A stretch of DNA of 64,000 nucleotides from an uncultured Elusimicrobia bacterium (GCA_964405835.1 CAYOPN010000002.1:24571-88570); one strand, 5' to 3'. Positions 18,706 through 27,491 are shown, numbered from the stretch's first letter. The notes: generated by a model not told the origin, from the sequence alone. A program made the numbers and translations.

Positions 18706-19475
18706 GCTGCGCTGCCCGTCTTGCTCAAGATATTTTCGAGCACGGCCAATTGCCGCTGGTCTTCTTTCAAATATTTTTCAACGAGCTCCACTTCGCGCGG
18801 CTCGTTGATGCCCGGGTAACCTTTGCTGAACGGCACACCTTGGATCATTACATCGTGCTCAAGTGTGCGGTTCTGATCGAGAGATTCTTGTATTTCGAGC
18901 GGCGTCCGGCTGAAAGCGCCGACTTGTTTGAGGAACTTCTTTTCAAACGCGAGGATCCCAAGCACAATCCGCACCGTCTCCGGCTTCATGTGCGAAAAGA
19001 TCCGCGAGCAAAACATGAGCCGGTCCGATGCCGACACCACGCATTTCACAATTGACTTGTCGCTGAGCTCGGCCGCGTCCGATATCGGGGCCGTCGCGTT
19101 CCATACGGGGCCCGCCGGATTGGACTTGATGGCGGCGACCAGGTTCTTCAAATCGTCTGGGAGGATTAGGATCTCGTCGCCTTGCACGTTCACCACATGC
19201 GTGCAATCGAGAGCATCGGCGGCCTCCGCTACACGGTCGGTGGCGCCAGGATGATTGGGATTGGTCATGATCACGCGGCCACCGAAACCTTCAATCGCGT
19301 CCTTCACTTCTTTATCGCAGGCCGCCACGACCACATCCGAGAAAACCCCCGCAAGGACCGCGCGGCGACGGACATGTTCGACCATAGGGATCCCGCGAAA
19401 CGGAAGCAACGGTTTCCCCGGAAAACGCGTGGAAGCCATGCGCGCAGGAATGATGGCGGCGACTTTTACGCTCAT
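18702..19475 (-). CDS. kdsB: 3-deoxy-manno-octulosonate cytidylyltransferase-like (KdsB/KpsU family)
   Basis: Start at the internal ATG 19475 (MSVKVAAIIPARMASTRFPGKPL). HPGATDRVAEA, VNVQGDEI and a LDQNRTLEH-type region parallel E. coli KdsB motifs as I recall them. The true substrate is unknown. ATGA overlap at 19472. Confidence 0.75.
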   Translation of the reverse strand: MSVKVAAIIPARMASTRFPGKPLLPFRGIPMVEHVRRRAVLAGVFSDVVVAACDKEVKDAIEGFGGRVIMTNPNHPGATDRVAEAADALDCTHVVNVQGDEILILPDDLKNLVAAIKSNPAGPVWNATAPISDAAELSDKSIVKCVVSASDRLMFCSRIFSHMKPETVRIVLGILAFEKKFLKQVGAFSRTPLEIQESLDQNRTLEHDVMIQGVPFSKGYPGINEPREVELVEKYLKEDQRQLAVLENILSKTGSAA

Positions 19476-20185
19476 TGCGGCAAAGTTCCGCAATCGACGT
19501 TCACGCATTGCCCCGTGATCGCCGAAGCGGCCGGACTTGCCAGAAAAAACACGGCCTCCGCCACTTCACGTTCGGTCGGCAAACGGCCAAGCGCCGTTTG
19601 GGTCTTTGCAAAATTCTTAAGGTACGCGGCCACGTTCGCCCCAAGCGGCGGCGCCGACTTTTCTTTCAGTGACTCCAAAATTGTTTTCGTGGCCACATAG
19701 ACCGGACACACGGCATTTACGCGAATACCTTTCGGTCCAAGTTCCTTTGCAAGTGACTGCGTGATGCCGTTCACAGCGAATTTTGACGCGCAATAGGCGC
19801 TGTTGTTGGCACTGCCGCGTTTGCCGGCCAGGCTTGACACGTTCACGATCGCGCCTCCCTTCTTCATCACGGAAGCAGCTGCCGCGCAGCCCCACATCGT
19901 TCCGAGCACATTGGTCTCATAAACCTGCGCCATAAAAGATTCATCAATGTCGGCGACCGGTTTCCAACGCGATACGCCCGCGCAATTCACCACCACATCG
20001 AGGCGTCCGTGCTTTTTCCGCACGGATTCGGCGAACGACATCACATCACGGCGCCGGCGCACATCACCGCCGTTCGAGCGCGCGTACACCTCCACTTTTG
20101 CGCCGCGGGACGAAAAAAGTTTCGCAATGGCGAGGCCGATGCCGCGTGTGCCGCCGGTGACGATGACGACGGGCGCCTTGATCAT
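19472..20185 (-). CDS. Short-chain dehydrogenase/reductase (classical SDR)
   Basis: Start at the internal ATG 20185 (MIKAPVVIVTGGTRGIGLAIA). NCAG, SSLAG...YCASK catalytic motif. ATGA overlap at 20182. Confidence 0.8.
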   Translation of the reverse strand: MIKAPVVIVTGGTRGIGLAIAKLFSSRGAKVEVYARSNGGDVRRRRDVMSFAESVRKKHGRLDVVVNCAGVSRWKPVADIDESFMAQVYETNVLGTMWGCAAAASVMKKGGAIVNVSSLAGKRGSANNSAYCASKFAVNGITQSLAKELGPKGIRVNAVCPVYVATKTILESLKEKSAPPLGANVAAYLKNFAKTQTALGRLPTEREVAEAVFFLASPAASAITGQCVNVDCGTLPQ

Positions 20186-20943
20186 ATGGTCATCGCGGTG
20201 AACCCGCCATCCACGGCAACGATGGAACCGGTCACGAAGCTCGCGGCGTCCGAGACGAGCCACAACACCGCGCCCACCAACTCCTCCGGCTTTCCATAAC
20301 GGCCCATCGGCGTGTGCCCGAGGATCTTGGCCTCACGGTCTTTGTCGATAAAATTTTTCATGCTCCATTCGGTCGGGAAAAAACCGGGCCGCAGCGCGTT
20401 CACGCGCACGCCTTGCGTCGCCCATTCGCGCCCCAGGTTCTGCGTGATGCTCGAGATGCCCGCTTTCGCCACCGAATACACAAACGCTTTCGAAAGCGGC
20501 GGACCCGAGGAGGCCGACGCAAAGTTCACAATGCTGCCGCTTCTCTGTTTCAACATGGTTTTACCGAAGACCTGGCAGGCGAGCAGCGTCGCGGTCACGT
20601 GGCTGTCGAAAATGCGGTGGACTTCTTCTTCGGTGATATCAAAGAACGGCGTCGGCGCGTTGACGCCCGCGCCGTTCAAGAGCACGTCGACGCGGCCGTG
20701 CTTCTTCAAAATTTCGTCGTGGCAACGCTGCAGGTCGGCCTTCTTGGTGACGTCACACGTCATGTCGGTCACCGCGACCTTTGACTTGTCGAGCGCGCTG
20801 GCCTTGATGTCAACGATCACGACCCTCATGCCCGATTCCGCCATGGCTTGCGCGATCGCCGAGCAGAGAAACCCGGCGCCGCCGACCACGACGGCCACTT
20901 TGTCTTTCAAATTAAAACGCTGGTCGATGGTGACGTGACTCAC
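20182..20943 (-). CDS. Short-chain dehydrogenase/reductase (classical SDR)
   Basis: KVAVVVGGAGFLCSAIAQAM, NGAG, FASASS...YSVAK. I propose the GTG at 20943 (VSHVTIDQ), a GTGA overlap with the upstream stop. The track extension overlaps the HAD gene. Confidence 0.75.
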   Translation of the reverse strand: MSHVTIDQRFNLKDKVAVVVGGAGFLCSAIAQAMAESGMRVVIVDIKASALDKSKVAVTDMTCDVTKKADLQRCHDEILKKHGRVDVLLNGAGVNAPTPFFDITEEEVHRIFDSHVTATLLACQVFGKTMLKQRSGSIVNFASASSGPPLSKAFVYSVAKAGISSITQNLGREWATQGVRVNALRPGFFPTEWSMKNFIDKDREAKILGHTPMGRYGKPEELVGAVLWLVSDAASFVTGSIVAVDGGFTAMTI

Positions 20944-21566
20944 GCGGCCTCCTTTAAAGAAACAAAATCTTTTATGAAGGGGCCGGAGGCCAGCGCCGCG
21001 TTCGCGACACCGATGAATGGACAACCCGCCGCCGCGGCGGAGCGCGCATCTTCGGCGGTGTCACCGAAAAAAACCAATTCGTAGCCGGCCAATCCCAGTC
21101 TTCCCCGGGCGGCGGTGAGCCATTCCGCCTTGTTCACCGGCGCCCCTTGGATCAGATCAAAATGGGGCGCCCAGTTACGTCCATTCAGAATCTCGGAAAG
21201 GTACTCGTGCGGCGTGCTGGAGAGCAGCGCGGTCTTGCGCGCGCTTTTCATTTGCAGCACAAAATCCAGCGCGCCCGGGATTTCGGGCGCCGCGATGATG
21301 GCCTTGGTGGTGGCCGCCGCGTACCGGGCCGTCAAATCTTCCTCTATGGCGGCCGTGTACGGTTTTTTCAGAATTGTCTCGTACACATAACGGAACTTCA
21401 CTTTGCGCGTGACATGGTGGTTGTTGTGGCAATAGTCGCGGATCTCGTTTGCGTGGGACGGAAAATCCGCGAAACAGAGATCGAACGCGCGGTATTTGAT
21501 GGGATTGGAATCCACGAGCGTTCCATCGAAATCAAAAATGACCAGCTTGACGTTATCCGGCAGCAA
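20940..21566 (-). CDS. HAD-superfamily phosphatase (HAD-IA, phosphoglycolate-phosphatase-like)
   Basis: Motif I LVIFDFDGTLVDSNP, motif II LLSSTP, motif IV VFFGDTAEDARSA. Start uncertain: TTG at 21566 puts the DxDGT motif about 10 residues from the N-terminus, whereas the track start 21629 overlaps the aldolase by 61 nt. Confidence 0.7.
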   Translation of the reverse strand: MLPDNVKLVIFDFDGTLVDSNPIKYRAFDLCFADFPSHANEIRDYCHNNHHVTRKVKFRYVYETILKKPYTAAIEEDLTARYAAATTKAIIAAPEIPGALDFVLQMKSARKTALLSSTPHEYLSEILNGRNWAPHFDLIQGAPVNKAEWLTAARGRLGLAGYELVFFGDTAEDARSAAAAGCPFIGVANAALASGPFIKDFVSLKEAA

Positions 21567-21568
21567 GA

Positions 21569-22348
21569 TTAAACGCGGACCTGTCTGACGGTTTTGAGCA
21601 ACTCGTTGGTGCGCTCCCCCCACTTCCACAACAGGAACACATCGGACGACAAGACCACGAACGTGTAACCGGCCGTAAGCGCTTCGGCAACGTTTTTCTC
21701 ATTTGGATCAACAACTTGCGTGCCGCAGGCCTTGCCGTGTTTCTCACAGGCCTTGACCACCCGTTCGCAAGCCGCGGCCACTTCGGGATGAAACAGTTGC
21801 CCCGGAACTCCCATGGAACCGGACAAATCGTAAGGCCCCACCATCACGCCGTCGATTTCCTTGAGTGAAAGAATGGAATCAATCGCTTCAACACCCTGGA
21901 CCGATTCGATCTGCACAATCAACGTGGACTGTTCATTCCAGGACTTGGTGTAGGAATCAAAATTGTGGCCGTATCCCTGAGCGCGACCCACGCCAAAGCT
22001 GCGTTTCCCGACCGGCGAATATTTCGACCATTCAATGATCTTCTGTGCTTCTTCTTTCGAGTTGACCATGGGGACGATGAGACCGTCCGCGCCGGAATCG
22101 AGCACGCGCTTGATCTGTTCGGCATTGTGGGAAGAGATGCGCGGCAGGCAAGGAATGCCGGCGGCCTGGCTGGTGGCGATGATGCCTTGCGCCTGTTCCA
22201 AACTGATGGTGCTGTGCTCAAGATCGATGCCAATGAAATCAACGCCCGCTTTTGTGAACGCTTCGGTGATGGAAAGATGCCCCAGCGACGTCCACGCGCC
22301 GAAAACCGATGAACGATTTTTTATTTTGGATCGGAAGTCAGTTCGCAA
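21569..22348 (-). CDS. HpcH/HpaI-family class II (metal-dependent) pyruvate aldolase
   Basis: SVFGAWTSLGHLSITEAFTKAGVDFIGIDLEHS...LIVPMVNSKEEAQKII...IVQIESVQGVEAIDSIL...DGVMVGPYDLSGSMG aligns along its length with HpaI/RhmA-type aldolases as I recall them. TTG start preceded by an AAGGGAG Shine-Dalgarno. Confidence 0.8.
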   Translation of the reverse strand: MRTDFRSKIKNRSSVFGAWTSLGHLSITEAFTKAGVDFIGIDLEHSTISLEQAQGIIATSQAAGIPCLPRISSHNAEQIKRVLDSGADGLIVPMVNSKEEAQKIIEWSKYSPVGKRSFGVGRAQGYGHNFDSYTKSWNEQSTLIVQIESVQGVEAIDSILSLKEIDGVMVGPYDLSGSMGVPGQLFHPEVAAACERVVKACEKHGKACGTQVVDPNEKNVAEALTAGYTFVVLSSDVFLLWKWGERTNELLKTVRQVRV

Positions 22349-22360
22349 AGATTATCTCCC

Positions 22361-23332
22361 TTACCACAAGATGTCGGACGGCCCCCAACTCTTGGGAGCC
22401 ACCGCATTGGAAAATCGCTGAAACCAGCGCGCCAGCCAATAGCGGCCGCGGACATTCGGAAGTTTCCCCAACAGACCCGGGCCGGCCAGAATGTGGCGGC
22501 GAATGTCGCGGGCTTCGGTTTCGGAAAAAAGTCCTTTTTCCTTTCCGATTTGCGCGAGCTCGGCCACATAATCATTTTTCTCGTACAAAATGGCGATCAA
22601 AATATTTTTCAACAACCGCTGCTTTGACAGCGATCCGTTGGCAGCGGAAAGGTCTTTAAAATAAAGCGCGTCTCCGAAAATAAGCTGACCGCGGTGATTC
22701 GCGGTCTTTTGCCCGCCTTCCCGTTTCCACCAGCAACGTTTCAAATCGAACAGCGAAAAACCTTTGGCGCGCAGCGCCTCGTCAATGTGCGAGAAGAGCG
22801 GCTGCCCTTTATAAAGTTCGGCGAATTCGACTTCCACCTCGATGCCGAGCAGCTTGTCGCACGACGCCAGGGCCCCTTTCAACACGTCCACTTCGCCGCC
22901 CTGCACGTCCAACTTCATGAAATCGGGAGAGACCTTCAACCCAGCGAGCACATTGTCCAGCGTGTCCACCGGCACCTCGACGGTCCTCTGAATGTCCCAC
23001 CGGCCGGAATCCGGAAAACGGGAGAGGAACGCGCGGTTGGGTTCGAGCATCGAGGAACATCCCGGCGCGCGCGTGAGGTTTAGTTTTCGCTGACCCGGCC
23101 GGTCCGCCAACGCCGTGGCCACAAAAGTTTGCCCGCCTTTGGCCGCGCTGTTGAGGCGGCTGCATTCGGCGGCATCCGGTTCGAAACCGACGACCCGCAA
23201 ATCAATACCCAAAGCGGCCCACCGGTCGTGGATGCCGGCCCGCGCGCCGACATCAATAAGAGTTATGGGATCGTTCTCGACCGCCGAGCGGAACAAAGGG
23301 GTTTGAAGCAAGGTCTTAAGGAGAGAAGACAT
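22361..23332 (-). CDS. FkbM-family methyltransferase
   Basis: Start moved to the ATG at 23332 (MSSLLKTLL), a TAATG 1-nt overlap. LIDVGARAGIHDRW, VVGFEPDAAEC, DFMKLDVQGGEVDVLKGA are FkbM-family signatures. Confidence 0.75.
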   Translation of the reverse strand: MSSLLKTLLQTPLFRSAVENDPITLIDVGARAGIHDRWAALGIDLRVVGFEPDAAECSRLNSAAKGGQTFVATALADRPGQRKLNLTRAPGCSSMLEPNRAFLSRFPDSGRWDIQRTVEVPVDTLDNVLAGLKVSPDFMKLDVQGGEVDVLKGALASCDKLLGIEVEVEFAELYKGQPLFSHIDEALRAKGFSLFDLKRCWWKREGGQKTANHRGQLIFGDALYFKDLSAANGSLSKQRLLKNILIAILYEKNDYVAELAQIGKEKGLFSETEARDIRRHILAGPGLLGKLPNVRGRYWLARWFQRFSNAVAPKSWGPSDILW

Positions 23333-24126
23333 TAGCGTGCGAACTCCGGTTTTGTTTCCCGTTCCCAAATTTCCGTGTTGTATTGGCGGTCCGGTTTTTG
23401 AAACACGTTCGACAGGCCGGACCGGGCCAGCAGTTCGCGCACGCGCGCGTCTTTTTGATCAAGGGAATCCATTTCAACGAGCAACGATTTCATGGCGGGG
23501 CCCGCGACGGTATTCACCGCTCCCTGCAATACATCGAGTTCGGTCCCGTCCACGTCGATTTTCAGCGCGGTCGGTTTGATGCCCGTTGCTTCCACGAAAT
23601 CGTCCAGCTTCATGGCCCAAATTCCTTCCTGATACACGACCGGCTGGCCGTTGTGCGTTATCGCCATGGGAGAACGCGATTCCGAATGGAGCGCCGCTCC
23701 GGGCGTCAGGTCCTGAACGTGCAGATGGCTAATCCCGGTCACGGCGCTGAGGCCGATTGAATAAACATCGATCACATCTTGAAGATGGTTCGCGGCCACG
23801 TTGTCCCGCAACAAATGAAGGTTTGAATATTCGGGTTCAAAGCAGACCACGCGAAGCCCCGGATGCCGGAGCGCCGCGTACAACGAGTAAACGCCGACAT
23901 TGGCGCCGACATCAAACAACACGTCGGTAGGCCCCAGCGATTTGTCGATCCAATCAAGCGTTTCTGGTTCTTTTGTGTTGAACGAGCTCCAACGGTAACT
24001 GGTGATGGGGTTGTCGCAAGCGAGCGTAAAGTGAAGGCCGCGCGAATGCACCGTACGGCGCGGCGTCAGCGAATGGATTAATTTCCAGCGAAGCTGGCCC
24101 AGTTTTCCGGAAAGGCGTGAGAGCAT
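23332..24126 (-). CDS. FkbM-family methyltransferase
   Basis: Start at the internal ATG 24126 (MLSRLSGKL), a TGATG 1-nt overlap. LFDVGANVGVYSLYAA, VVCFEPEYSNLHLL, ALKIDVDGTELDVLQGA. Confidence 0.75.
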   Translation of the reverse strand: MLSRLSGKLGQLRWKLIHSLTPRRTVHSRGLHFTLACDNPITSYRWSSFNTKEPETLDWIDKSLGPTDVLFDVGANVGVYSLYAALRHPGLRVVCFEPEYSNLHLLRDNVAANHLQDVIDVYSIGLSAVTGISHLHVQDLTPGAALHSESRSPMAITHNGQPVVYQEGIWAMKLDDFVEATGIKPTALKIDVDGTELDVLQGAVNTVAGPAMKSLLVEMDSLDQKDARVRELLARSGLSNVFQKPDRQYNTEIWERETKPEFAR

Positions 24127-24755
24127 CAGCGCGCCGGCGCCGCGGCGGCCGGGACCGAGGTCTCCCATTTGTTTCCTTGCGCCATCAAACGCGGATCGGA
24201 AACGATGCCGTGCCAGACGACGCCTTGGAACGCTTCGGAATGCGGCGTGACGTTGTTGGGGTTGACCGTGGGCACCACGACCACAATGTCGCCGCGCTGC
24301 TTGGTGTATCCGCCATCGCGGCCGACAATGCCCAAGACCGTCATACCGCGGGTCTTGGCTTCGTCGATCGCGGAAACCAAATTGGGGCTGATGTTCTTTT
24401 CGCGATTGCCGCCGCCCACGGAAAAAATCAGGACCGCGTCTTTCGGGCCGCCCTTGCTGACCTTGAGCCAGGCGGCGAATACCGTGTCCCAGCCTTCGTC
24501 GTTCGTGCGCGCCGTGAGCTCGGAAACGTTATCGGTCGGCGCGTAGGCCTCGATGCCGGCCAGTTTTCGAAAATCGTTCACGGCGTGGCCGCAATTGCCG
24601 GCGCTGCCGCCGACGCCAAGCAGGAACAGCCGGCCGCCGTCTTCGCGCAGCTTGACCAGACGCTGGACCATCCGGTCGATCGCTTGGCGGTCCAACCCGC
24701 GCGCCACCTGCTCCACTTCGGACAAGTACGTCTCAATGAAATTTGTTTTTTCCAT
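24126..24755 (-). CDS. SIS-domain sugar-phosphate isomerase, GmhA (sedoheptulose-7-phosphate isomerase)-like
   Basis: RLFLLGVGGSAGNCGHAVNDFRK ... DAVLIFSVGGG ... GMTVLGIVGRDGG. Single-SIS protein of GmhA size and layout. Confidence 0.7.
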   Translation of the reverse strand: MEKTNFIETYLSEVEQVARGLDRQAIDRMVQRLVKLREDGGRLFLLGVGGSAGNCGHAVNDFRKLAGIEAYAPTDNVSELTARTNDEGWDTVFAAWLKVSKGGPKDAVLIFSVGGGNREKNISPNLVSAIDEAKTRGMTVLGIVGRDGGYTKQRGDIVVVVPTVNPNNVTPHSEAFQGVVWHGIVSDPRLMAQGNKWETSVPAAAAPAR

Positions 24756-24764
24756 TCCGGTCCC

Positions 24765-25496
24765 TCAGGCCTTGCTCATCTGGCGCAAAACGAACCCGGC
24801 TTTCTTCGCGTCGTTGTAAAACATCTTCACGGTGTCCAAAGAAAATTCGCCGAGGTCTTTTCCGTTCAGCGACAGCTTTTCAATCAAATCATCGGTGGCG
24901 GTGATGATATGGCAGCCGGCGGAGTCCGCCTGATAGATATTCAACGTCTCGCGCGGGCTTGCCCAAAGGACCTTGGCCTTGGGAAATGGCGCGAAGTCCT
25001 TTACGGCTTTTTGCATGACGGGCAATGGATCAACGCCGGTGTCGGCGATGCGTCCGGCGAAAATGGAAACAATGATATCGTCCTGCGGCTTGAGCGCCGC
25101 GCGGAGCCCGTCCAATTGCGCTTGCGTAAGAATGGCTGTAACGTTCAGCTTCACCCCTTTATCAAACAACCGCCGGATCAACGGCACCGACGATTCGCCG
25201 CGTGTGTTCGTGATCGGAATTTTCACGTTCACGTTCTCGCCCCAGGTGGCAATCAACGCCGCCTGCTCCTCCATCTCGGCGAACTCATCAGAAAAAACCT
25301 CGAATGAAATCGGCAGGTCCTTCACTTCGGCCAGCACCGTTTTCGCGAACTGCTCGTAATCGCTGATCCCCGCCTTCGCCATGAGCGTGGGGTTGGTGGT
25401 GAACCCTTTCACGAATCCCTGGCGATACCGCTTTAAGATGGTCTCCACATTGGCGCCATCTCCAAACACGGCGATTTTTAATTTGGGCAAAGACAT
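24765..25496 (-). CDS. Transaldolase-family protein (short TalC/fructose-6-phosphate-aldolase type)
   Basis: GFTTNPTLM, the catalytic-lysine region NVNVKIPIT, and VSIFAGRIAD correspond to the GVTTNPS / VKVP / NRID motifs of type 3B transaldolase/FSA enzymes. Confidence 0.8.
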   Translation of the reverse strand: MSLPKLKIAVFGDGANVETILKRYRQGFVKGFTTNPTLMAKAGISDYEQFAKTVLAEVKDLPISFEVFSDEFAEMEEQAALIATWGENVNVKIPITNTRGESSVPLIRRLFDKGVKLNVTAILTQAQLDGLRAALKPQDDIIVSIFAGRIADTGVDPLPVMQKAVKDFAPFPKAKVLWASPRETLNIYQADSAGCHIITATDDLIEKLSLNGKDLGEFSLDTVKMFYNDAKKAGFVLRQMSKA

Positions 25497-25507
25497 AGTT
25501 TCTCCTC

Positions 25508-26461
25508 TTAGCGTTTCTTCGCGACGATCCGGGCAAACGAACTGAGCCCGGCTTTTTGCAAAAACGATTGGAATTCTTTTTTCACATCGGCCCCGGACGC
25601 CATGAGTTCGCGTTCAAATGACGAGAGGGACAGGTCGGCGTTCTGGTCCACGTGCGCCTGCACAATTTCGACATCGAGCACGCCCGGTGTGCTTACTTCC
25701 TGCAGCGCAAAGCCGTTCTTTTCCAGAAGCAGCTCGAGTCCTTTCAACGTGAAACAATTGGTGCGGTCCGGCGGACAAAAATAAAGATTGTTGAAGCCGA
25801 GTAGGGTCATATCAAAACCCGAAGCGACCAGCGCGGTGATAAACAACAACCCGCCCGGCGCCAAGCGTTCCGCCACGGCCGTGAGCAATTTCTGAGGGTC
25901 GTTCACGTGGTCCAAATTCTCAAGCATCACCGCGGCCTGCGCCGCCGGCCCTTTCGGCGCTTTACCGGCAACCAAATCCATTTCTCCCAGGGAACGCACA
26001 TCACGGAACGCTTCGCTCAAAAGCGCCGTGAACCGGCTTTGGGGCGGCGCCACTTCCAAGACCGACGGCTTGTCGACGCCTTGGATCTGTAGCGTGCGCT
26101 GGATCCAATCCAATTTCGGCAAATACACGTTCTCGGTGCGGCTGCCGGCCACGCCCGCGTGAAACCCATCGGGAGACTGACGGCGGCGCGTTACCTCCGA
26201 CAAGACCGCCTCCCACGCGGCGGCGTCGGGCAAATTGAGCAGGAAAAGACTTCCGGTCGCAGGGCAACGCCCGTATTCCAGTCCTTCCACGGCCCCCGCG
26301 GGGACCAAGGGACTGCCGAGAGGAGAGAGCCCGCGCTTGGCCGACTTTGCGGCCAGCGCTTTCTTGGTTGTTTCAATGCAAAACTGCCGGTACGCGCGCA
26401 ACCCATCCAGCGCTTTCACCGACGATAATGGGAACGCAACGTTGGTCTCGGTCAAAATCAT
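25508..26461 (-). CDS. Putative SAM-dependent methyltransferase
   Basis: C-terminal half has VLEVAPPQSRF, AAVMLENLDHVNDPQKLL and LAPGGLLFITALV (class I methyltransferase post-I/III motifs). The N-terminal part is unassigned. Confidence 0.55.
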   Translation of the reverse strand: MILTETNVAFPLSSVKALDGLRAYRQFCIETTKKALAAKSAKRGLSPLGSPLVPAGAVEGLEYGRCPATGSLFLLNLPDAAAWEAVLSEVTRRRQSPDGFHAGVAGSRTENVYLPKLDWIQRTLQIQGVDKPSVLEVAPPQSRFTALLSEAFRDVRSLGEMDLVAGKAPKGPAAQAAVMLENLDHVNDPQKLLTAVAERLAPGGLLFITALVASGFDMTLLGFNNLYFCPPDRTNCFTLKGLELLLEKNGFALQEVSTPGVLDVEIVQAHVDQNADLSLSSFERELMASGADVKKEFQSFLQKAGLSSFARIVAKKR

Positions 26462-26462
26462 A

Positions 26463-27479
26463 TTACTCCCTCCCCACAGACAGCACGTCCCGCTTCGCGT
26501 ACACGTCGCGGATGATTTCCATCACTTGCCGCGCTTCGTCCAGCGTCCCGTGTGTCGCCGGCCGCTTCTCTTTAATCGCCGCCAGGAATTCGTTCACTTC
26601 CTTGTCCCAGGACTCGTCGCGGTCAAAATGGATGATTTCCTCGCGCGGGTTGCCGAGCGCGAACGCCTCGTCTTCAAATTGGCGTTTTCCGATGACGAGT
26701 TGCTCGCGGCCGTAGCTGCCCGTGCGAGAAAGCAGGCCCGAAGCGATCAGATAGCCGTTCTCGCAGCCGATCTCAAAACGGAATGTGTGCTTCCACAGCG
26801 TGGCGGAAGAATGAAGAAAGGCGGGAACGCCTTTTTCGGAGCGGAGCAGCAGGAACGCGTTGTCTTCGACGCCGCACTTCCAGAACGAATCGCTGAGCAC
26901 ACCGTCGGTGACCTGGCAGGGGCCGAGAAAATTCAAAAAGATGTCGAGCATGTGAATGCCTTGATCAAGCAGGATGCCGCCGCCAGAAACCTGTTTGTCG
27001 TTGCGCCAGCTCTGCCGGTAATGCACGCCCCCCGACTTACCGTAAGTGCCCTTCATGTAAAGAATTTGGCCGAGGCTGCCCCCTTTAAGGAGCGACTTGG
27101 CGGTCACAACGGAAGGATGAAGCCGGTGATTAAATCCAAAAACGACGGTGTGGTTGGGGGTCGCTGCGGCCGCGTCCGCAATGCGGGAAAAATCATCCCA
27201 ATTGCGGCCCGGCGGTTTTTCACAGAAAACGTGGCGGCAATTCTTAATCGCTTCCACGCAGAGGTCGGAGGTGACGTTGTTGGGAGTGCAGATAAAAGCG
27301 GCGTCAAACTGGTCCCAAGGGATCCGTTCGCTGGTTGAAAGGGGCGTTCCAACAATGTCTTTCTGATGGGGGTCCAGCGCCGGGTCGTAGATCTTCACGT
27401 CGCTCACGTCCGGGTGTTGTTTAAGGACTTTGGCGCGGATCCGTCCCATATAGCCGTAACCAATTACAATGCATCGCAT
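26463..27479 (-). CDS. Gfo/Idh/MocA-family NAD(P)-dependent oxidoreductase
   Basis: MRCIVIGYGYMGRIRAKVL Rossmann start, VFCEKPP (EKP motif), and a C-terminal alpha/beta domain of the expected size. Confidence 0.8.
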   Translation of the reverse strand: MRCIVIGYGYMGRIRAKVLKQHPDVSDVKIYDPALDPHQKDIVGTPLSTSERIPWDQFDAAFICTPNNVTSDLCVEAIKNCRHVFCEKPPGRNWDDFSRIADAAAATPNHTVVFGFNHRLHPSVVTAKSLLKGGSLGQILYMKGTYGKSGGVHYRQSWRNDKQVSGGGILLDQGIHMLDIFLNFLGPCQVTDGVLSDSFWKCGVEDNAFLLLRSEKGVPAFLHSSATLWKHTFRFEIGCENGYLIASGLLSRTGSYGREQLVIGKRQFEDEAFALGNPREEIIHFDRDESWDKEVNEFLAAIKEKRPATHGTLDEARQVMEIIRDVYAKRDVLSVGRE

Positions 27480-27491
27480 AAGGGCGGGATT

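Noticed and set aside
24117-25307. 396-aa plus-strand ORF antisense to the SIS isomerase and transaldolase genes
   Set aside because: It is rich in Arg/Gly/Ala/His low-complexity sequence and has no recognisable motif. It lies entirely opposite two genes with clear family signatures. This is typical of shadow ORFs in GC-rich coding DNA.
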